Assembly: GCA_951406725.2 (NCBI GenBank)
Contig: OX597816.1
Span: forward strand, 84,692,001 to 84,756,000
Length of the DNA: 64,000 nucleotides
Reading direction: 5' to 3'
From: Octopus vulgaris
Taxonomy: Eukaryota
This document shows, piece after piece, positions 26,040 through 40,090 of this stretch. Both the position numbers and the translations under genes were made by a program. The notes beneath the pieces are model-generated. The model did not search any database. It saw only the letters and a program-made list of their open reading frames with translations, and was not told where the DNA came from. How positions within the stretch are numbered: the stretch's first letter is position 1; each line of letters starts with the position of its first letter.

Positions 26040-26435
26040 TATATATAGCCAGGTGTTGCCCGGATTTGTTTTCATTTTCGACCCTTTAGAATTGGAAATT
26101 TTGAAAAGTAAAAATTTTGCATTATGTAGCTTATTATACTCTTTAAGTGAACATTTTTCTGGTTGAAATACACCGAAAAATGGCGACACAGCAGTAAAAA
26201 AATCGTAAAAAATAGAGATTTTCATAGAAAAAAAATGCACACTTTTGATGTAAATAATTTTTGGTCTTAACATAGTCCAATTATAATTTTTTCTTCTACG
26301 GAATGAAGAACAAGACTTATTCTATCATACTCTCAATTTTGGTCAACTTGCGCCGCAGGGTCTCGGAGGAGATAGTGTTAGTTGAAGGCCACGAAACCTG
26401 CCGCACACAGACAACTTCAGCTTTATATATAAAGA
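26040..26435 (-). mobile_element. Non-autonomous Helitron-like element
   Basis: Minus strand begins A|TCtttatatataaagctgaagttgtctgtgtg (5'-TC after A) and ends with GC-rich hairpin ccgggcaacacctgg; terminal CTAG not intact. Confidence 0.6.
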
Positions 26436-26726
26436 TTTCTAACGTTATCCATTCGATATGCGTCAGCCGTTAAGTCTTGAAATATATATTATAGTATCTG
26501 GTTTGGTTTTGCAGAGCTGTATAAATATAATTCAATGTTTCCGCGTGGTTCTTGGTTTGGGATTGCAACTGAAATCTACTAAATACTCTGTTTTGTTGTT
26601 TAAGATTCACATAATATATGTGTCTGTATGTGCAAGTATATACAGGCATACATTCACACACCAACATACGCACACGCATACATATACGTATGTGTGCGTG
26701 CGCGTGCGTGCGTGCATGTGTGCGGC

Positions 26727-26727
<1 letters not shown>

Positions 26728-26781
<54 letters not shown>

Positions 26782-26807
26782 AAGAAAGAGAGAGAAAGGG
26801 AGAGGTC

Positions 26808-26875
<68 letters not shown>

Positions 26876-27078
26876 GAGAGAGAGAGAAAGAAAGAGAGAG
26901 AGAGAAAGGGAGAGAGAGAGAAAGAAAGAGAGAGAAAGGGAGAGGTCGAGAGAGAGAGAGAAAGAGAGAGAGAAAGGGAGAGAGAGAGAGAGACAAAGAG
27001 AGAGAGAGAAAGGGAGAGAGAGAGAGAGAGAAAGAAAGAGAGAGAGAAAGGGAGAGGACGAGAGCGAGAGAGAGAAAA
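26728..27078. repeat. (GA)n polypurine tract with higher-order units
   Basis: Recurring agagaaagggagagg(t/a)cgagag and gaaagaaagagagagagaaaggg units. Confidence 0.9.
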
Positions 27079-27322
27079 GCTGGGGGCAAAAGTACGAAAC
27101 TGGACTGGGCTTGAAATATTAGTTGTTACGTGCGCGCACACACACGCATGCACACACACACGCATGCACACACACGCATGCACACACACACACACGCACA
27201 CATACCTACACACGTGCGCACACACACACGCACACCCAGTATGGACGCCCACACACGCATAAACACAGACACTTAAAATCATATACGCACACAGTTTCCA
27301 CTCGCCTTCCATATATCATATA

Positions 27323-27386
<64 letters not shown>

Positions 27387-28080
27387 TGTGTGTGGTGTGG
27401 TGTAGTGTGGTGTGTGTGTGTGTGTGTGTAAACATAAGTGAGGCGTTCTATATTTATAAGAAATATACAGTCTAGGATATTGATCAGAATTATCAGAGAA
27501 GGACGGAAATACTGATTAGCACTTTGGTCGGCATTATTAACGGTTCTTATTACTTTAACCAAAATAACTGCACAAATTGTTAAAAATCAACTGACCACGT
27601 ATAATGTCCCTTAATTGTGGGCCAAAACGCCTGAAGCTGAAGGCGTACTGACCTCCCAAAATAACATTACGATCAAACGCTCACACAAATGGAAACACCC
27701 TCTTATATACAAATATAAATGCAAAAATAGTTAATTGAATGGTATTTAGAATAAAGAGTTTTCTGCATATACATTAAATACATGCTCATACATACACATA
27801 AGATATTGATTTGAAAGTTTGGTACAAGGCCAGCAATTTAGGGGGAGTAGGTAAGTCGATTACATCGACCCCAGTGTTGAAATTGGTACGTGTTTTATCG
27901 ATCCCGGAATGATAAAAGGCAAAATCGACCTCGGCGGAATTTGAACTCAGAATATAGAGGAGGACGAAATACTGCTCAGCATTTTGCCCGGCGTGCTAAC
28001 GATTCTACAAGCTCGTATGCACATATATATGCACGTATAATTTTTAGAACACTCACATAAGTACAAGCAAAAAGACAAAT

Positions 28081-28147
<67 letters not shown>

Positions 28148-28182
28148 TGTACGTGTGTTTGTACGTATGAATAATTGCGAAA

Positions 28183-28793
28183 TACAAGGTCTGATCAATA
28201 AGTATCCGGCTGTTGCTATAGTAACAAAGCTAAAGTAGGCAGCATGAAGTGGCTTGACAAAGATTGACCTTGGACTCTGCGCTGCAAGCGCACAAAGTTT
28301 TGACATTCTAGTTCACTTCGATTGCTTACAGCAGTGTTTGGAAAGAAAGTGTTTAACGTGTGATCGTTGCGTTGACCATAACGGAAAATCCTCATGGCGA
28401 TACCTGCTCAGAGGTCTACGCAAGGTTGCAGCAAGTGTATGGAGAGTGTATGAGCCGCACACGGGTGAAGGAGTGGCTCAGACGTTTCCAACATGGCTGA
28501 AAAATGTCGATATTTTCTAGGAGACCCGCAACACGCAGAACTGAGAAAAACATCACAAATGTGTGTGCAACTGTGAGGGGGAAATTGTCGATTCATCATC
28601 TGTGAGTTATCAGAGGATGTGCAGATTGGTTACAGTTCAGTTCAGTACATTATCACTGAAGATCTTGGTATGAGACGCTTGTTTTCCAAGTTTGTGCCAA
28701 AACTGCTTTCAACTGACCAAAAGGACATTCGAGTTTCAGTTGCACAAGATCGCTTTGAATGTGTCAAGAACGACGAAAAATTTTGAAAACCTT
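28183..28793 (+). mobile_element. Tc1/mariner transposon remnant
   Basis: TA|caaggtctgatcaataag end; ICELSEDVQIGYSSVQYIITEDLGMRRLFSKFVPKLLSTDQKDIRVSVAQD..E....FLKT matches mariner HTH2 plus the WVPxxL linker. Confidence 0.85.
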
Positions 28794-29183
28794 GCGTAGG
28801 CCTCTGAGCAGGTATCGCCAAGTTTTTGGCAAAATAAATTGTGTAGTAAGAAGCTTGCTTCCCAACGATGTGGCCTTCGGTTCAGTCCCATTGTGCAGCA
28901 CCTTGGTCAAAAGCTTTCTATTACAGATTCAGGCCGCTCAAAGCCTTGTGAATGGATTTGGTTGACAAAAACTGAAAGAAGCCCGTCGTATGTTGACAGT
29001 TTTCGACATTTTCTATCCACAAGAGTTTTTCAGCTCAATATTTCTATGACATTATCTATAGCTTTATATATATTTCCAGTTCCATTTCTAAACAAGAATA
29101 ATTTCACATTCTTTCGAAAATTTAGAAATTCTTACGACGTCAATTGTGTATGTATGTATATGCACACAAACACACACACACGC

Positions 29184-29237
<54 letters not shown>

Positions 29238-30047
29238 GCGTATGCGTATGTGCGTGTTTGTATTTATCTCCCACCACCATTTAACAACTGGTATTGGTTT
29301 GTTTACGCCCCCGTAGCCTAGCAATTCGATAAAAGAGACCGAAAGAGTAAGTGTTGCTTAATAAATTCTGGGGTCGATTTGTTCGACTAAACAGTTTAAG
29401 GCGGTACCCCCCCACCCCGCCAGCACGGCCGCTGTCCAATAGCTGAAACAAAGAAAAGATAAAAGACAGGCTAAACGTACAAACATATAGTTTTTGTCGA
29501 TGCAGATTGTTTAAACACAATTGCCAAAGTAGTTACTCTAATTACCACACAATTTCGTTTCCTCTCGCTGTTGTCAGAAAAGGAAACCAATCCAACTAAT
29601 TTTATGTTTTATCGAACTCACATCAGATATCGTTTACTCCTTTTCTGTTCAAAGAGAGAATAGCTCAAAAGGCATAAATACATAATAGCTGTAAGCATAA
29701 ACTCAGCACCAAATTGGTCTTCTTAATGTGCACAACGGTGCAGGTGTCATCAAATTTAGACAGAGCAATTTATTTCTGTCTGTGCATATTACAAACAGCT
29801 GTAAGCTATTATTCTCTGTATGGGCAGAAAAAGTATTAATGAATCAATGAATAGCTTCATTGTTATAGTAATGCTACAGTTCTTAAATTCATATGTTATT
29901 AATATAAATATAGATGCATGATAAACAGACGGGCGTCTATCTTTAATAAACATATTTAACCTAGCTAGGAAAATACGAAAATTAAACACCACTGTTATAT
30001 AATTTTTCAAGATACTATCAATCTAAAGTTGCAGCGAAAGGTAGATA

Positions 30048-30106
<59 letters not shown>

Positions 30107-30226
30107 ATGAATGTATGAATGTATGTATGTATAAAGTTACTCACCCCCCACCCACATGTACTTTTCTTCAGCCACTTTAATTCTCTATATCATATGTATT
30201 CTTTGTAAGTCGGACCATTTGGTGTG

Positions 30227-30620
30227 TACGACGGGGTACCCAAAAGTAACCAGAAACATTCTCGATGAGACAAACCCGTTGTAGTTCAGGTTTCCGCCGC
30301 TACCAGCCACTGGATCCAACGTTCAGGCATCAGTCAGCCGACTGTCGTTGTCCTGTGGGGGGTCATGCTGCCACACGGTACGTCTTTGTATTGCAGTGCT
30401 TCTCCCCTGTTTGTCGATTATTGCAATGGTTGTAAACGAAGAAACAGCGTTCTTCCGTGAAATTTTGCTTTCTGCTGCGAAAAACGGCAGCCAAAACAGT
30501 TGTCATGCTTCGAACGGCTTGCAAGGCCGCTGTCATGAGCAAGACACAAGTTTCCGAGTAGTTTCCGTGCTTCAGGAATGGTCACTTGTCTCTTGAGTAC
30601 CAATCGTGTTCAGGGCGACC
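30227..30620 (+). mobile_element. Second mariner remnant (5' end and HTH1)
   Basis: TA|cgacggggtacccaaaagtaacc end; VKFCFLLRKTAAKTVVMLRTACKAAVMSKTQVSE*FPCFRNGHLSLEYQSCSGRP matches the mariner N-terminus ending SGRP. Confidence 0.8.
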
Positions 30621-31241
30621 GTGTGCCTGTTTGTCCCCCACCCAACATCGCTTGACAACCGATGCTGGTGTGTTTACGTCCCCGTAACTTAGCGGTTCGG
30701 CAAAAGAGATCGATAGAATAAGTACAAGGTTTTATAGAGAATAAGCTCTGGGGTCGATTTGCTCAACTAAAAGCAGTGCTCCAGCATGGTCGCAGTCAAA
30801 TGACTGAAACAAGTAAAAGAGTAAAAGAGTAAAGTGAGAGATCACCACTATAAGTAGTTGCTTATGAGGAATATTTATTTATTTTTTTCAAGAGATGGTA
30901 ATTATTACTTCACTTACTTCAATGATTATATTATTTCAATAAACGCGGCACTAAGCTGGCAGAATTGTTAACATGCTGGGCAAAATGCCTAGCGGCATTT
31001 CGTCCTTCTCTACGTTCTGAGTTCAAATACCACCGGGGTTGACTATGCCTTTTATCCTTTCAGGACCCATGAAATTATCAGCTGAGCACTGGGGTCGATG
31101 TAATCCACTTACCCCCTCCCCAAAATTACTGGCCTTGTGCCAAAACACGAAACTAATATTACTTTAATAAATCAGATTATTCCTTAGTGATGGTCCATAT
31201 TTTTTAAACAGTTGCTTGCTACAGTATCAGTATCTACTATT

Positions 31242-31657
31242 AAGACGGCATGCTGGCAGAAACGTTAGCACGCTGGGCGAAATGCGTAGCCGTATTTCGT
31301 CAGCCGCTACGTTCTGAGTTCAAATTCTGCCGAGGTCGACTTTGCCTTTCATCCTTTTGGGGTCGATTAAATAAGTACCAGTTACGCACTGGGGTCGATA
31401 TAATCTACTTAATCTGTGTTTTTGTCCTTGTTCGTCCCCTCTGTGATTAGTCCCTCGTGGGTAGTAAAGAAATAGGTATTTCGTCTGCCGCTACGTTCTG
31501 AGTTCAAATTCCGCCGAGGTTGACTTTGCCTTTCATCCTTTCGGGGTCGATAAATTAAGTACCAGTTACGCCTTAGGTCGATATAATCGACTTAATACCT
31601 TTGTTTGTCCTTGTTTGTCCCCTCTATGTTTAGCCCCTTGTAGGCAATAAAGAAATA
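31242..31657 (+). mobile_element. SINE family A head-to-tail dimer
   Basis: Second unit starts at ggtatttcgtctgccg (~31475) right after aaagaaata; agtatcta at 31229 and 31658. Confidence 0.85.
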
Positions 31658-33214
31658 AGTATCTATCCCCTCTTTCCTCTTTTCCTATGGAACGGCTAAC
31701 TTTTTGAGGAAGTGTAATCTTTCAAAGTTGAATCCTCAAGAATTATGTCACGTGTTTGGTGAATGTTGTTTCGTTAGTTTATTTTATATTTTTATGTTTA
31801 TAAACGAGTGAAGAGGAAAGATTGACAGAATGAGTACAAATGCCTTTTGGATTTTAGTGACTTTCCTTGGAATTCTCCGCTTCAACTTCGTAATGATTGT
31901 TGTTAACTTTCATCCTTCTAAAGTCAATCAATTACTGTACCAGCCAACCATTCACCGAAACAATTTTTATCGACTACGCATCACCTCTTAAATTTGTGGG
32001 ATTGCTTCTCTATTAAAAATCATCACTGCGCTGATAAAAAAAGAGCAATAATTGGCCGAACCAGTAGAGCATTAGACAAATATACTTTATCTTTCTGAGT
32101 TCTTATCTCGTCGCCTTAGTCTTTAAAAAAATTATTTTTCAGAGTTATTTACATAGATACCGCTCATGCACTGGCACTGTTCTAATTGATATCGCAATTA
32201 CTCTAAATTTCTAACCTTGTGCTTAGGTTTAAATATCATGGTAAATGACAGAATCGGTGGAGCACTGACAGTATGTCGTGTGATATTTAGTTACGTCGTT
32301 TTTCTATTTAAAGTTCAAATCCCAGCGGAACCAACATTGGCTTTCTTCCTTCTGGAATTAATGAAATAAGAGCTAGTCAAGTACTGGCAATCGATTTAAG
32401 ACTATATTATCTCCCCCTCATCAATTTGTGGCCTTGTGCCAATGTAAGAAATCATTATAATTTTGTTGTGAGTAAAAGAGAGAAGATGCAGGATAAAGAA
32501 AACGAAAGAGACGAGTGGGTGAGAAGGGAGAATATCAGAAAGAGAGGGAGAGGGAGAGAGAGAGGAAAGAAAGAGGGAGAGAAATAAAGAGGGAGAGAGA
32601 GAGAGAGAGTAATAGAATATTGATTTTTGTGTCGTCTATGCTAAAGGGCCAATTTTTGGAGGGGATATTTACGTGTATAGAAGTTTGAATCGAGTCCAGT
32701 ATAATACTTGATTCGCGTTTCTGATGAAGAGTTCCTTCACCACCACTAGCACCACCACCACAACCAGCACCAGCACCAGCACCAGCACCACCACTACAAC
32801 TACTACCAAGAACAACGACATTTCCCATTTTGAATCTAAAGGAAGTTTGCGAAGGAAGTTTGGCCTCTATTTCTAGCATGTTCAGTGACCTCATAGAAAC
32901 TTCCAAATTCAGTCGTAATAAGTATGTGTTATGTGTATTTTATGTGTAGAGTAGTTGAAATGATATAGTAGAGCATTACACTGCAGTAGTGTAAGCCGCT
33001 GTTATTCCAATCGTGACCACCCCGTTTACTTTAAGATACAGTGTGTGCATTATTAAAACATAGAGTGAAATTTGAAGGAAATTTAGTTCTTTTGCTGGTT
33101 GTGCCGAAGTGTACTCTAGTGGAGTATAGCATCATATGCGTTGTAGTGCAATGCAGTAGTAGTAGTAGCAGTAGCAGAAGCAGCAATTCTGGTAGTAGCA
33201 GCTGCAGTAGTAAT

Positions 33215-33254
<40 letters not shown>

Positions 33255-33279
33255 GTAGTATTATTATTATTATTATCAT

Positions 33280-33323
<44 letters not shown>

Positions 33324-33619
33324 ACTGTGTATCCTTTGCTAAAGCAGATCTATTTTCAAATGCTTGTCAGTCATGATTATTCCATTGTTTTGGTTTAACC
33401 CATGTGTATCCAGTACTAATTACTTAATGTGTCCTATCTGCTTTAAGGTGATGGAGGAAAATTTAAAGAAAATTCGGCTGTTACTTCTTGCAAGTCAAGC
33501 TACCACATACCGACTCTCTTGTTGGACCACGAATTATTCCATCGCTGTTGTTTTAGTCCCAGATCAGATCTGGTTCAGTCGAGCTTCGACCAAAATATTC
33601 TAGCTATGCGCATCTAGTC

Positions 33620-33976
33620 CAATGGTTCTCAACCGGAGTCCATATAAAATATTTTGGGATCCACGCAAGCAAAATAGTTAATGGGGAACCGCAGTAGCAA
33701 CTCGAGGGTCCGAGAAAAAGTTTCACTTTAGATGTGTTTGTTGCAAGAAACAGCAAGGTTTCTTTCTTTGACACTTAAGAGAGTACAACCTTTTAGTAGA
33801 GTTTTTCAAAAGAGTACTGTAGCAAACCTACGCAAGTGAATGAGTGAAAAACAAAATAAAAATTCGAAAGTTGTATCTATAAAACTAGTTTTAAACATTG
33901 AATGGCTATGGGGTCCACCAGAATAATTTAGTAATCAAAGGGGTCCATACATTAAAAAAATGGTTGAGAACCACCG
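33620..33976. mobile_element. hAT (Charlie-like) MITE
   Basis: TIRs caatggttctcaacc / ggttgagaaccaccg; 8-bp TSD atctagtc / atctagcc; subterminal ggggtcca repeats. Confidence 0.85.
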
Positions 33977-34869
33977 ATCTAGCCTGTCTGTATGGACCCT
34001 TCTTTTTTTAAAGAAATTATGGTGTGAGTTGGAAACAATCTGGCTGTTATTTCTTACAATTTGATCGACCGTGCAGTGACTCTATCGTTGGCATTATCTC
34101 TACAGAATTTTCACCTGTATGTATAAGTGTAACTTATTTTTCTTCATACGATGACAATTTATCGGTTTGCATACGTTTAACTTTACGGCAAAACCCACAA
34201 TGATGCAAAAGCATGAAAATACCGAGGCATATTTTCAGAAATACACTCGTTTATCAGTTGCTAATAACTAATTAATATTTAAAATGTTCTGTTTTAATTC
34301 CATGTTTTCCTAATACTCTCAAGGTTGATGCTTGAAATTACAGTTGATTTATAATACTAGCTTCATCCGACAAAATTATTTTTTCTTTGGTGAATAGGAA
34401 AATAAAAGAAAAATATATATAATTAATGTCTTTGTTATCTAACCTTTTAAATTTCCTATGCAGTGTAATCTAGTCACCATTTGGCTTAAACCATTGTTCA
34501 GCGACAATTGAGCAGGAAAATTGTATTAATAATATTTATTGACTATCCATTTCTATTTCCGGGCACTGTGTATTTAGTACGATGTTTTCCAATTTACTTT
34601 CTTATAAGATAATAGAGTGTTACGTGGAGAGATGTCTTATGTCTTCTTAGAGGTCGAGTGTCTATGGGCCGGCTCCTTCGTTGACTCTTTTCGTTGTCTT
34701 GTACAGCGTAGGGTAGTGAATATAGTATATAACAGAAATATTGTCGAGGTAACGTGCAATGTAATGCAACGAATCATAGTAGCCTGCCAAGAGAAGAGTG
34801 TAGTGTGGTGTAACACAGCAATTTTGTATAATGTATCCAAATATTTTAGATGAAATGTGGAATAGTATG

Positions 34870-35110
34870 AAATTGTAAAGTGGAGGTATACGAAGTATTA
34901 ATTGTAGTGTTGAATTTTTTTATGTATTAGTCGGAACTTTGAAGTGTATGATATGTTAGTTGCAGTTTGGAATTGTTTTATGTATTAGTAACAGTTTGGC
35001 ATTGTATGATGTGTTAGTTGCAGCTAAGAGGTGTATGATGTGGTGCGTGTAGTCTAGAAGTGAATGACATATACTACTATAGTTTAGTAGAATGCAATAT
35101 TGTAGAGCAG
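34870..35110. repeat. Degenerate ~29-30-bp minisatellite
   Basis: Units like gtgtatgatatgttagttgcagtttggaa / ttgtatgatgtgttagttgcagctaagag / gtgtatgatgtggtgcgtgtagtctagaa. Confidence 0.6.
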
Positions 35111-35399
35111 AGTGTATTTATAGTTGTTTTTTAGAACCAAGTCGACCCAGATCGAATGGACATAAGATAAAAGACTTTTCACTCATGACAATAGCGCGGG
35201 GGTATCTAGGATTACATTACTTTCTATTTTAATATGATAGAGCGTAATTTGAGACAGATTAGGCTGCTATTTCTAGCAGGTCGTATAGCAGCGTAGAGAT
35301 TTCTTTGTTGCATCTTTGAGAGTTACAGAATTTTGTGTTGTGCAATAATGCTTCAAGTGGTGTCGATATTTGTAGACTGTGAACTAATATATCAGTGGA

Positions 35400-36270
35400 T
35401 GCTTCAATGTCACGATTTGTTTCTATAGTTCAATATTTCAATATAAGCTGTTTGGTTTGATCATTTTGTACGAATTTGATCTTTTTGGCGGCGCTGCATG
35501 AAGTTTAAAACATCGATTGGCTGCTGTGGAATAGTTCCAATGTCTTTATATTTCAAATAGATATCTTATAGGTGTCAAAGCGACAGCACATCTTCCTGTT
35601 TCCGTATTAATTGTATTATTTTCTTTCAAACAAGTTTTAATTCTCCATTCTGACATCACGTGAATACTGGAAAGTTGATAAAGTATTGTGTCGAAAGTTG
35701 TATAACGTATCGATCCTTTCAACAGATAGTTCCACAACTTATTTTCTGGTTGTATTAAGCAAAACCTGCACTCGAAAATTTTTGTCACCTTCCTCTTTCG
35801 AGGTTTCAACAATGGATCAGCTAAGCACCAAAATGGAATGCTGTTCCTATATCTTGGAAGTTGATACTGATATTCCTCACTTAAATATACTAGGCTTTAT
35901 CTAAAAGAAAACTCTCCAGCTGATTGGTTAAAAACTTACCGACATACTACAACCTCTTGCACAGGCGTGGTTTCTCCTAAACTTCCCTATTCTATTAGTA
36001 CTACAATGTCATGGTTTTCTCAGAAGTAGCTAATTGCATACCAACTGCACCCAGACACAATCGTACATCCAACAGAATCAACGCTCCTTACGTTACTCTT
36101 TTTGTATCTTACCAGCTTCCAGCCAGAGCCTGCAGAAACCGTTATACTGAATCCTACTTACCCAGTATGTTATTCCACTATAAGTCCCTTTCTGCCTCCG
36201 TTTTTCCTGCTGATATCGACTTACAGACGTTCAGATTAAACATTAATTGTATTAATCTCACGAATCTGGG
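35400..36270 (+). mobile_element. Decayed LINE (Jockey/CR1 supergroup) 3' half
   Basis: QLSTKMECCSYI resembles the post-RT VRP.MEYCS.IW motif; downstream R.YTESYLP....Y.SL.ASVFP...DLQTF resembles the conserved C-terminus. Confidence 0.5.
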
Positions 36271-36569
36271 AAATCAGCAAAGGTTACAGACACAGTTTTT
36301 CCTTTCTCACTAAATTGCTAAAAAACGCAAAACAACTTTTTTGTTATGGGAATCTACCAATTTATTTCTGACAAGGTACGCAATCTGGAATATCACCAGA
36401 CAGTTTTGCATAAATTTGATCTGTTGCTTTTTTCTCTTAAATTTATGTTTGTTTTTGCTGAGTAGTTTCACATTAAACTGTACTGAACGAACCTATGATT
36501 ATATGAATGCCAGATATGATCCTGTCATCTGTTTCTTTCCATCCATACTATGTTTATTATTTTTCTATG

Positions 36570-37135
36570 CGCCCTTTTCAAGCCTAGCCAGGCTCATGGG
36601 CCCGATTTCCCGCTATCTATGGCGTATGTGTTCCCTCCCAGCTGGACGGGACGCCAGTCCATCGCAACGTTACTCAAGAAACAGGAAAAAAAGAGTGAGA
36701 GAAAGTTCGGGCGAAAGAGTACAACAGGGGTCACCACCATCCTCTGCCGGAGACTCGTGGAGCTTTAGGTATTTTCGCTCAATAAACACACACAACGATC
36801 GGTCTGGGAAGCGAAACCGCGATCCTCCGACCGCGTATCCGCTGCCCTAACCACTGGGCCATTGTTCCTCCACAAAAAAGTGAATGCGCCCTTTTAAAGC
36901 CTTGCTAGGCTCATGGGCCTGTTTTCCCGGTTTCAATGGCGTATGTGTTCCCCTGCTGGACGAGACGCCAGTCAATCGCAGCGTTACTCATTTTTGCCAG
37001 CCAAGTGGGCTGGAGCAACGTGAAAATGAAGTGTTTTGCTCAAGAACACAATGCGTCGCCCGATCCAGGAATCGAAACCACAATCTTACGACCATGATGC
37101 TGACACCCTAACCATTAACCCACGCGCCTCCACCA
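36570..37135 (-). mobile_element. Two tandem tRNA-derived SINEs (family E-related)
   Basis: Heads tggaggaacaatggcccagtggttagggcagcgg (cf. 55476) and tggaggcgcgtgggttaatggttaggg; shared tail gggcccatgagcct(g/a)gc. Confidence 0.8.
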
Positions 37136-38007
37136 TACTATGTTTAGGACTACCTTATCCGATGTATCAGTTGTTTGCTTCTTGTACTAGCGTTTGAACA
37201 ATTTGATTGTAATTTTTAGTAAACTGAGTAACAATGTTGAGGTTTCTCATTTGGATAATTGTTAATTTCATTGTTGCTGCTATTTATACAACTGTTTCTG
37301 TTAATTAACTCAAGTGAAACCCTTATCAAGTAAACCTGTGATCAAGAATGTTTTAACTGTGATCTCATTTTTGTTTTTCAAATAGAATATATCTACGTAC
37401 TCACTAGCCACTGTGCTAATGTGATGCATAGTTTTAAAAATGACAGAGTGTCATATGAGGAAAAATTGCCTGCTATTTCTAGTAGATTGACTGTATACAC
37501 ACTTCCCTAATTGTTGTAATGTTGTTGTTGTTCTTGTTTAAGTCCAGGTAAATTCTAATTAATGCGAATTCTGATCAAAGGTATTGAAGCTGTGATCATA
37601 CGTCGTTCATAAGGTATAGAGCTATATTTTTCTTAACTTTTTAGGGCAGTGAGTTCAAGTAACTATGACTGCTATTTCTAGCCGTTCGAGTAACCGCATA
37701 ATATGTCTCGATGTAACTGTATGCTCTAAAGACTCTAAATACTTCCATATTAAGTATGTCTGATTTTCACTCTTTATAGAATTTCGAATGTTTGGTGCGC
37801 ACCTGTAGTTGGAGCTTTACTTATTACCGACGTGAATGTCTAGACATCTTAACTGAAGGCTTTAAAAAGCTCGTACATAATATATGGGTATATCATCTAT
37901 TCAGCATGAAAATGGTGCAACTGCGTAATAAAATAGAAATTCTAAGAAGAAAGGTGAGATGAGAGAAAATAAAAATTTATCGGCCAATTCAGTAAGTCAG
38001 AAGATAT

Positions 38008-38049
<42 letters not shown>

Positions 38050-38077
38050 CACCACCACCACCACCACCACCACCACC

Positions 38078-38119
<42 letters not shown>

Positions 38120-38120
38120 G

Positions 38121-38163
<43 letters not shown>

Positions 38164-38603
38164 CACTACCACCGCCACCGCCACTGCCACCTGATGGATT
38201 TACTCATACATATGGACCATAAACACTTATTTTAAAAAACTGTTAGGAATCTTCACGCTAATTCACGCTACATAAAAAAAATCCAGATAAATTTTCATGC
38301 GGTGTCAACATAGGCAGATATAATGGCAGTTTCAAAGCACTGAGTTATCAACACTCTATCCTGATCTGCGTCCCATGACATCTACTCTTTTACCCTTTTA
38401 CTCTTTTACTTGTTTCAGTCATTTGAATGTGGCTATGCTGAAGCACCGCCTTTTAGTCGAGCCAATCGACACCAGGACTTATTCTTTATAAGCCTAGTTC
38501 TTATTCTATCGGTCTCTTTTGCGGAACCGCTAAGTTACGGGGACGTAAACACACCAGCATCGGTTGTCAAGCGATGCTGGGGGGGACAAACACAGACACA
38601 CAA

Positions 38604-38650
<47 letters not shown>

Positions 38651-38829
38651 CGACGGGCTTCTTTCAGTTTCCGCCTACCAAATCCACTCACAAGGCTTTG
38701 GTCGGCCCGAGGCTATAGTATAAGACACTTGTCCAAAGTGCCACGCAGTGGGACTGAACCCAGCACCATGTGGTTGGTAATCAAGCTACTTACCGCACAG
38801 CCACTCCTGCGCCTACTGTTTACGCTTTT

Positions 38830-40090
38830 TCATTATCAACGGAAGAATGCTACGAAAAGAATATCAATTGCTTTCTCTGTGACTAGGGTGTCTCTGCAGC
38901 TCGACAGTGCAGCTCTGTACGAGACCAGTAACATTTTGCAGCTTCCATTCAGTGTCTTCATAGTAAAATTTAAGGTAAAACGAGTCAGTGAAGCCTTGTA
39001 ACGTAGATTCTCCAAGGATCAGAATGTATTATCAGATAGGATCAAGGTGACAAAAAGAAGGAAATGGAAGGCTGAAAAAGCAGTGCAAATGGCAAAATCT
39101 CGAGGCAAAAAGAACTGGTGGGCATCTTGACAACTGTCAGAACCGGGTTGAAATACTTGTCAAAGACCCATGTTGGCTAGATCTAGGGTAAAAAGAGAAA
39201 TAATCTCATTCACAAGTGGTCCACGTAGGCGTAGAGGAAGAGATAGGGATCAGAGACATAGGGCTCAAATTGCAGGGAACGTGTTTAGCAACGCAGACTT
39301 ACTTGATCAGATATGCAAGTAAACCTCTATTATATATGATTCTTTGTCCAGGTTGTTTATGATTCCCTGTAAAGTTCTGCTGACTTTGACATCTGGAGCA
39401 AGAATGCATCACTATCTTGTCCGTTTGCTTTGAAAGAAAATTCTTAAAACATCTCACTAGCTGTCCCAAAGCCACTAGAAAAGGTAGCTCTCGTTGGTAC
39501 CATGATCAAGTTCCGAGGCGGTTGCTAAGAGCTAGTCACTGCCATCAACTTGAAAGAAGTGAATTAAATTTGTAAAAAGTGAGACAGAAATTATAAAAAA
39601 CAGGCGGGTCTTCTGTGCATTACATCTAACTGGCAAATGCATGTTTGTCGTGACAGACAGCTGAAATTTCCACAGTACACAGTGCCAACATCACTACGGC
39701 CAGACATAAGTTTTATTCCTGAAGGAAAAGCAAACGAACAAAAAATCAAGTGTTGATCCTGAAACAGGTGCTCTGAGAAGAACTTGTTAACGAAGACTCA
39801 AAGGAATCGTCCTAAATACTAAGAACTTGTGGCTTAATGCTTGAACAGAGGTTAGAAAATATATTAAAAGCCTATAGAGGTGGAGTATAAAGCTTTGCAG
39901 GAGTACTGGCTCTACAAAGTTATCAACCGATTAGGCTTTACAGGGGTGGCATAGTTGAAGGCCATTAAGTCTGCAAACGGAACCGCAGAGAAAGTCAACT
40001 TGAGGGTTTGGATTTAGAGGGATGGGCTACGAACTGCTGCTGGCAGGGTGCAAATCGGAAGCTAATCAAACCCAGCTGGGCACCTGTTTA
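38830..40090 (+). mobile_element. HERO/NeSL-like RLE LINE remnant
   Basis: ALYETSNILQLPFS...FKV, RRKWKAEKAVQMAKSR, WYHDQV, DRQLKFPQYTVPTSLRPDI, PIEVE: ordered motifs of the CCHC + PD-(D/E)xK C-terminal region in broken frames. Confidence 0.7.

Noticed and set aside
26458-27312. ER-rich / LS-rich ORFs
   Set aside because: (GA)n tract artefacts.
32680-32745. Hairpin followed by CTGATGA as a hammerhead
   Set aside because: No GAAA box or stem II in the required position.
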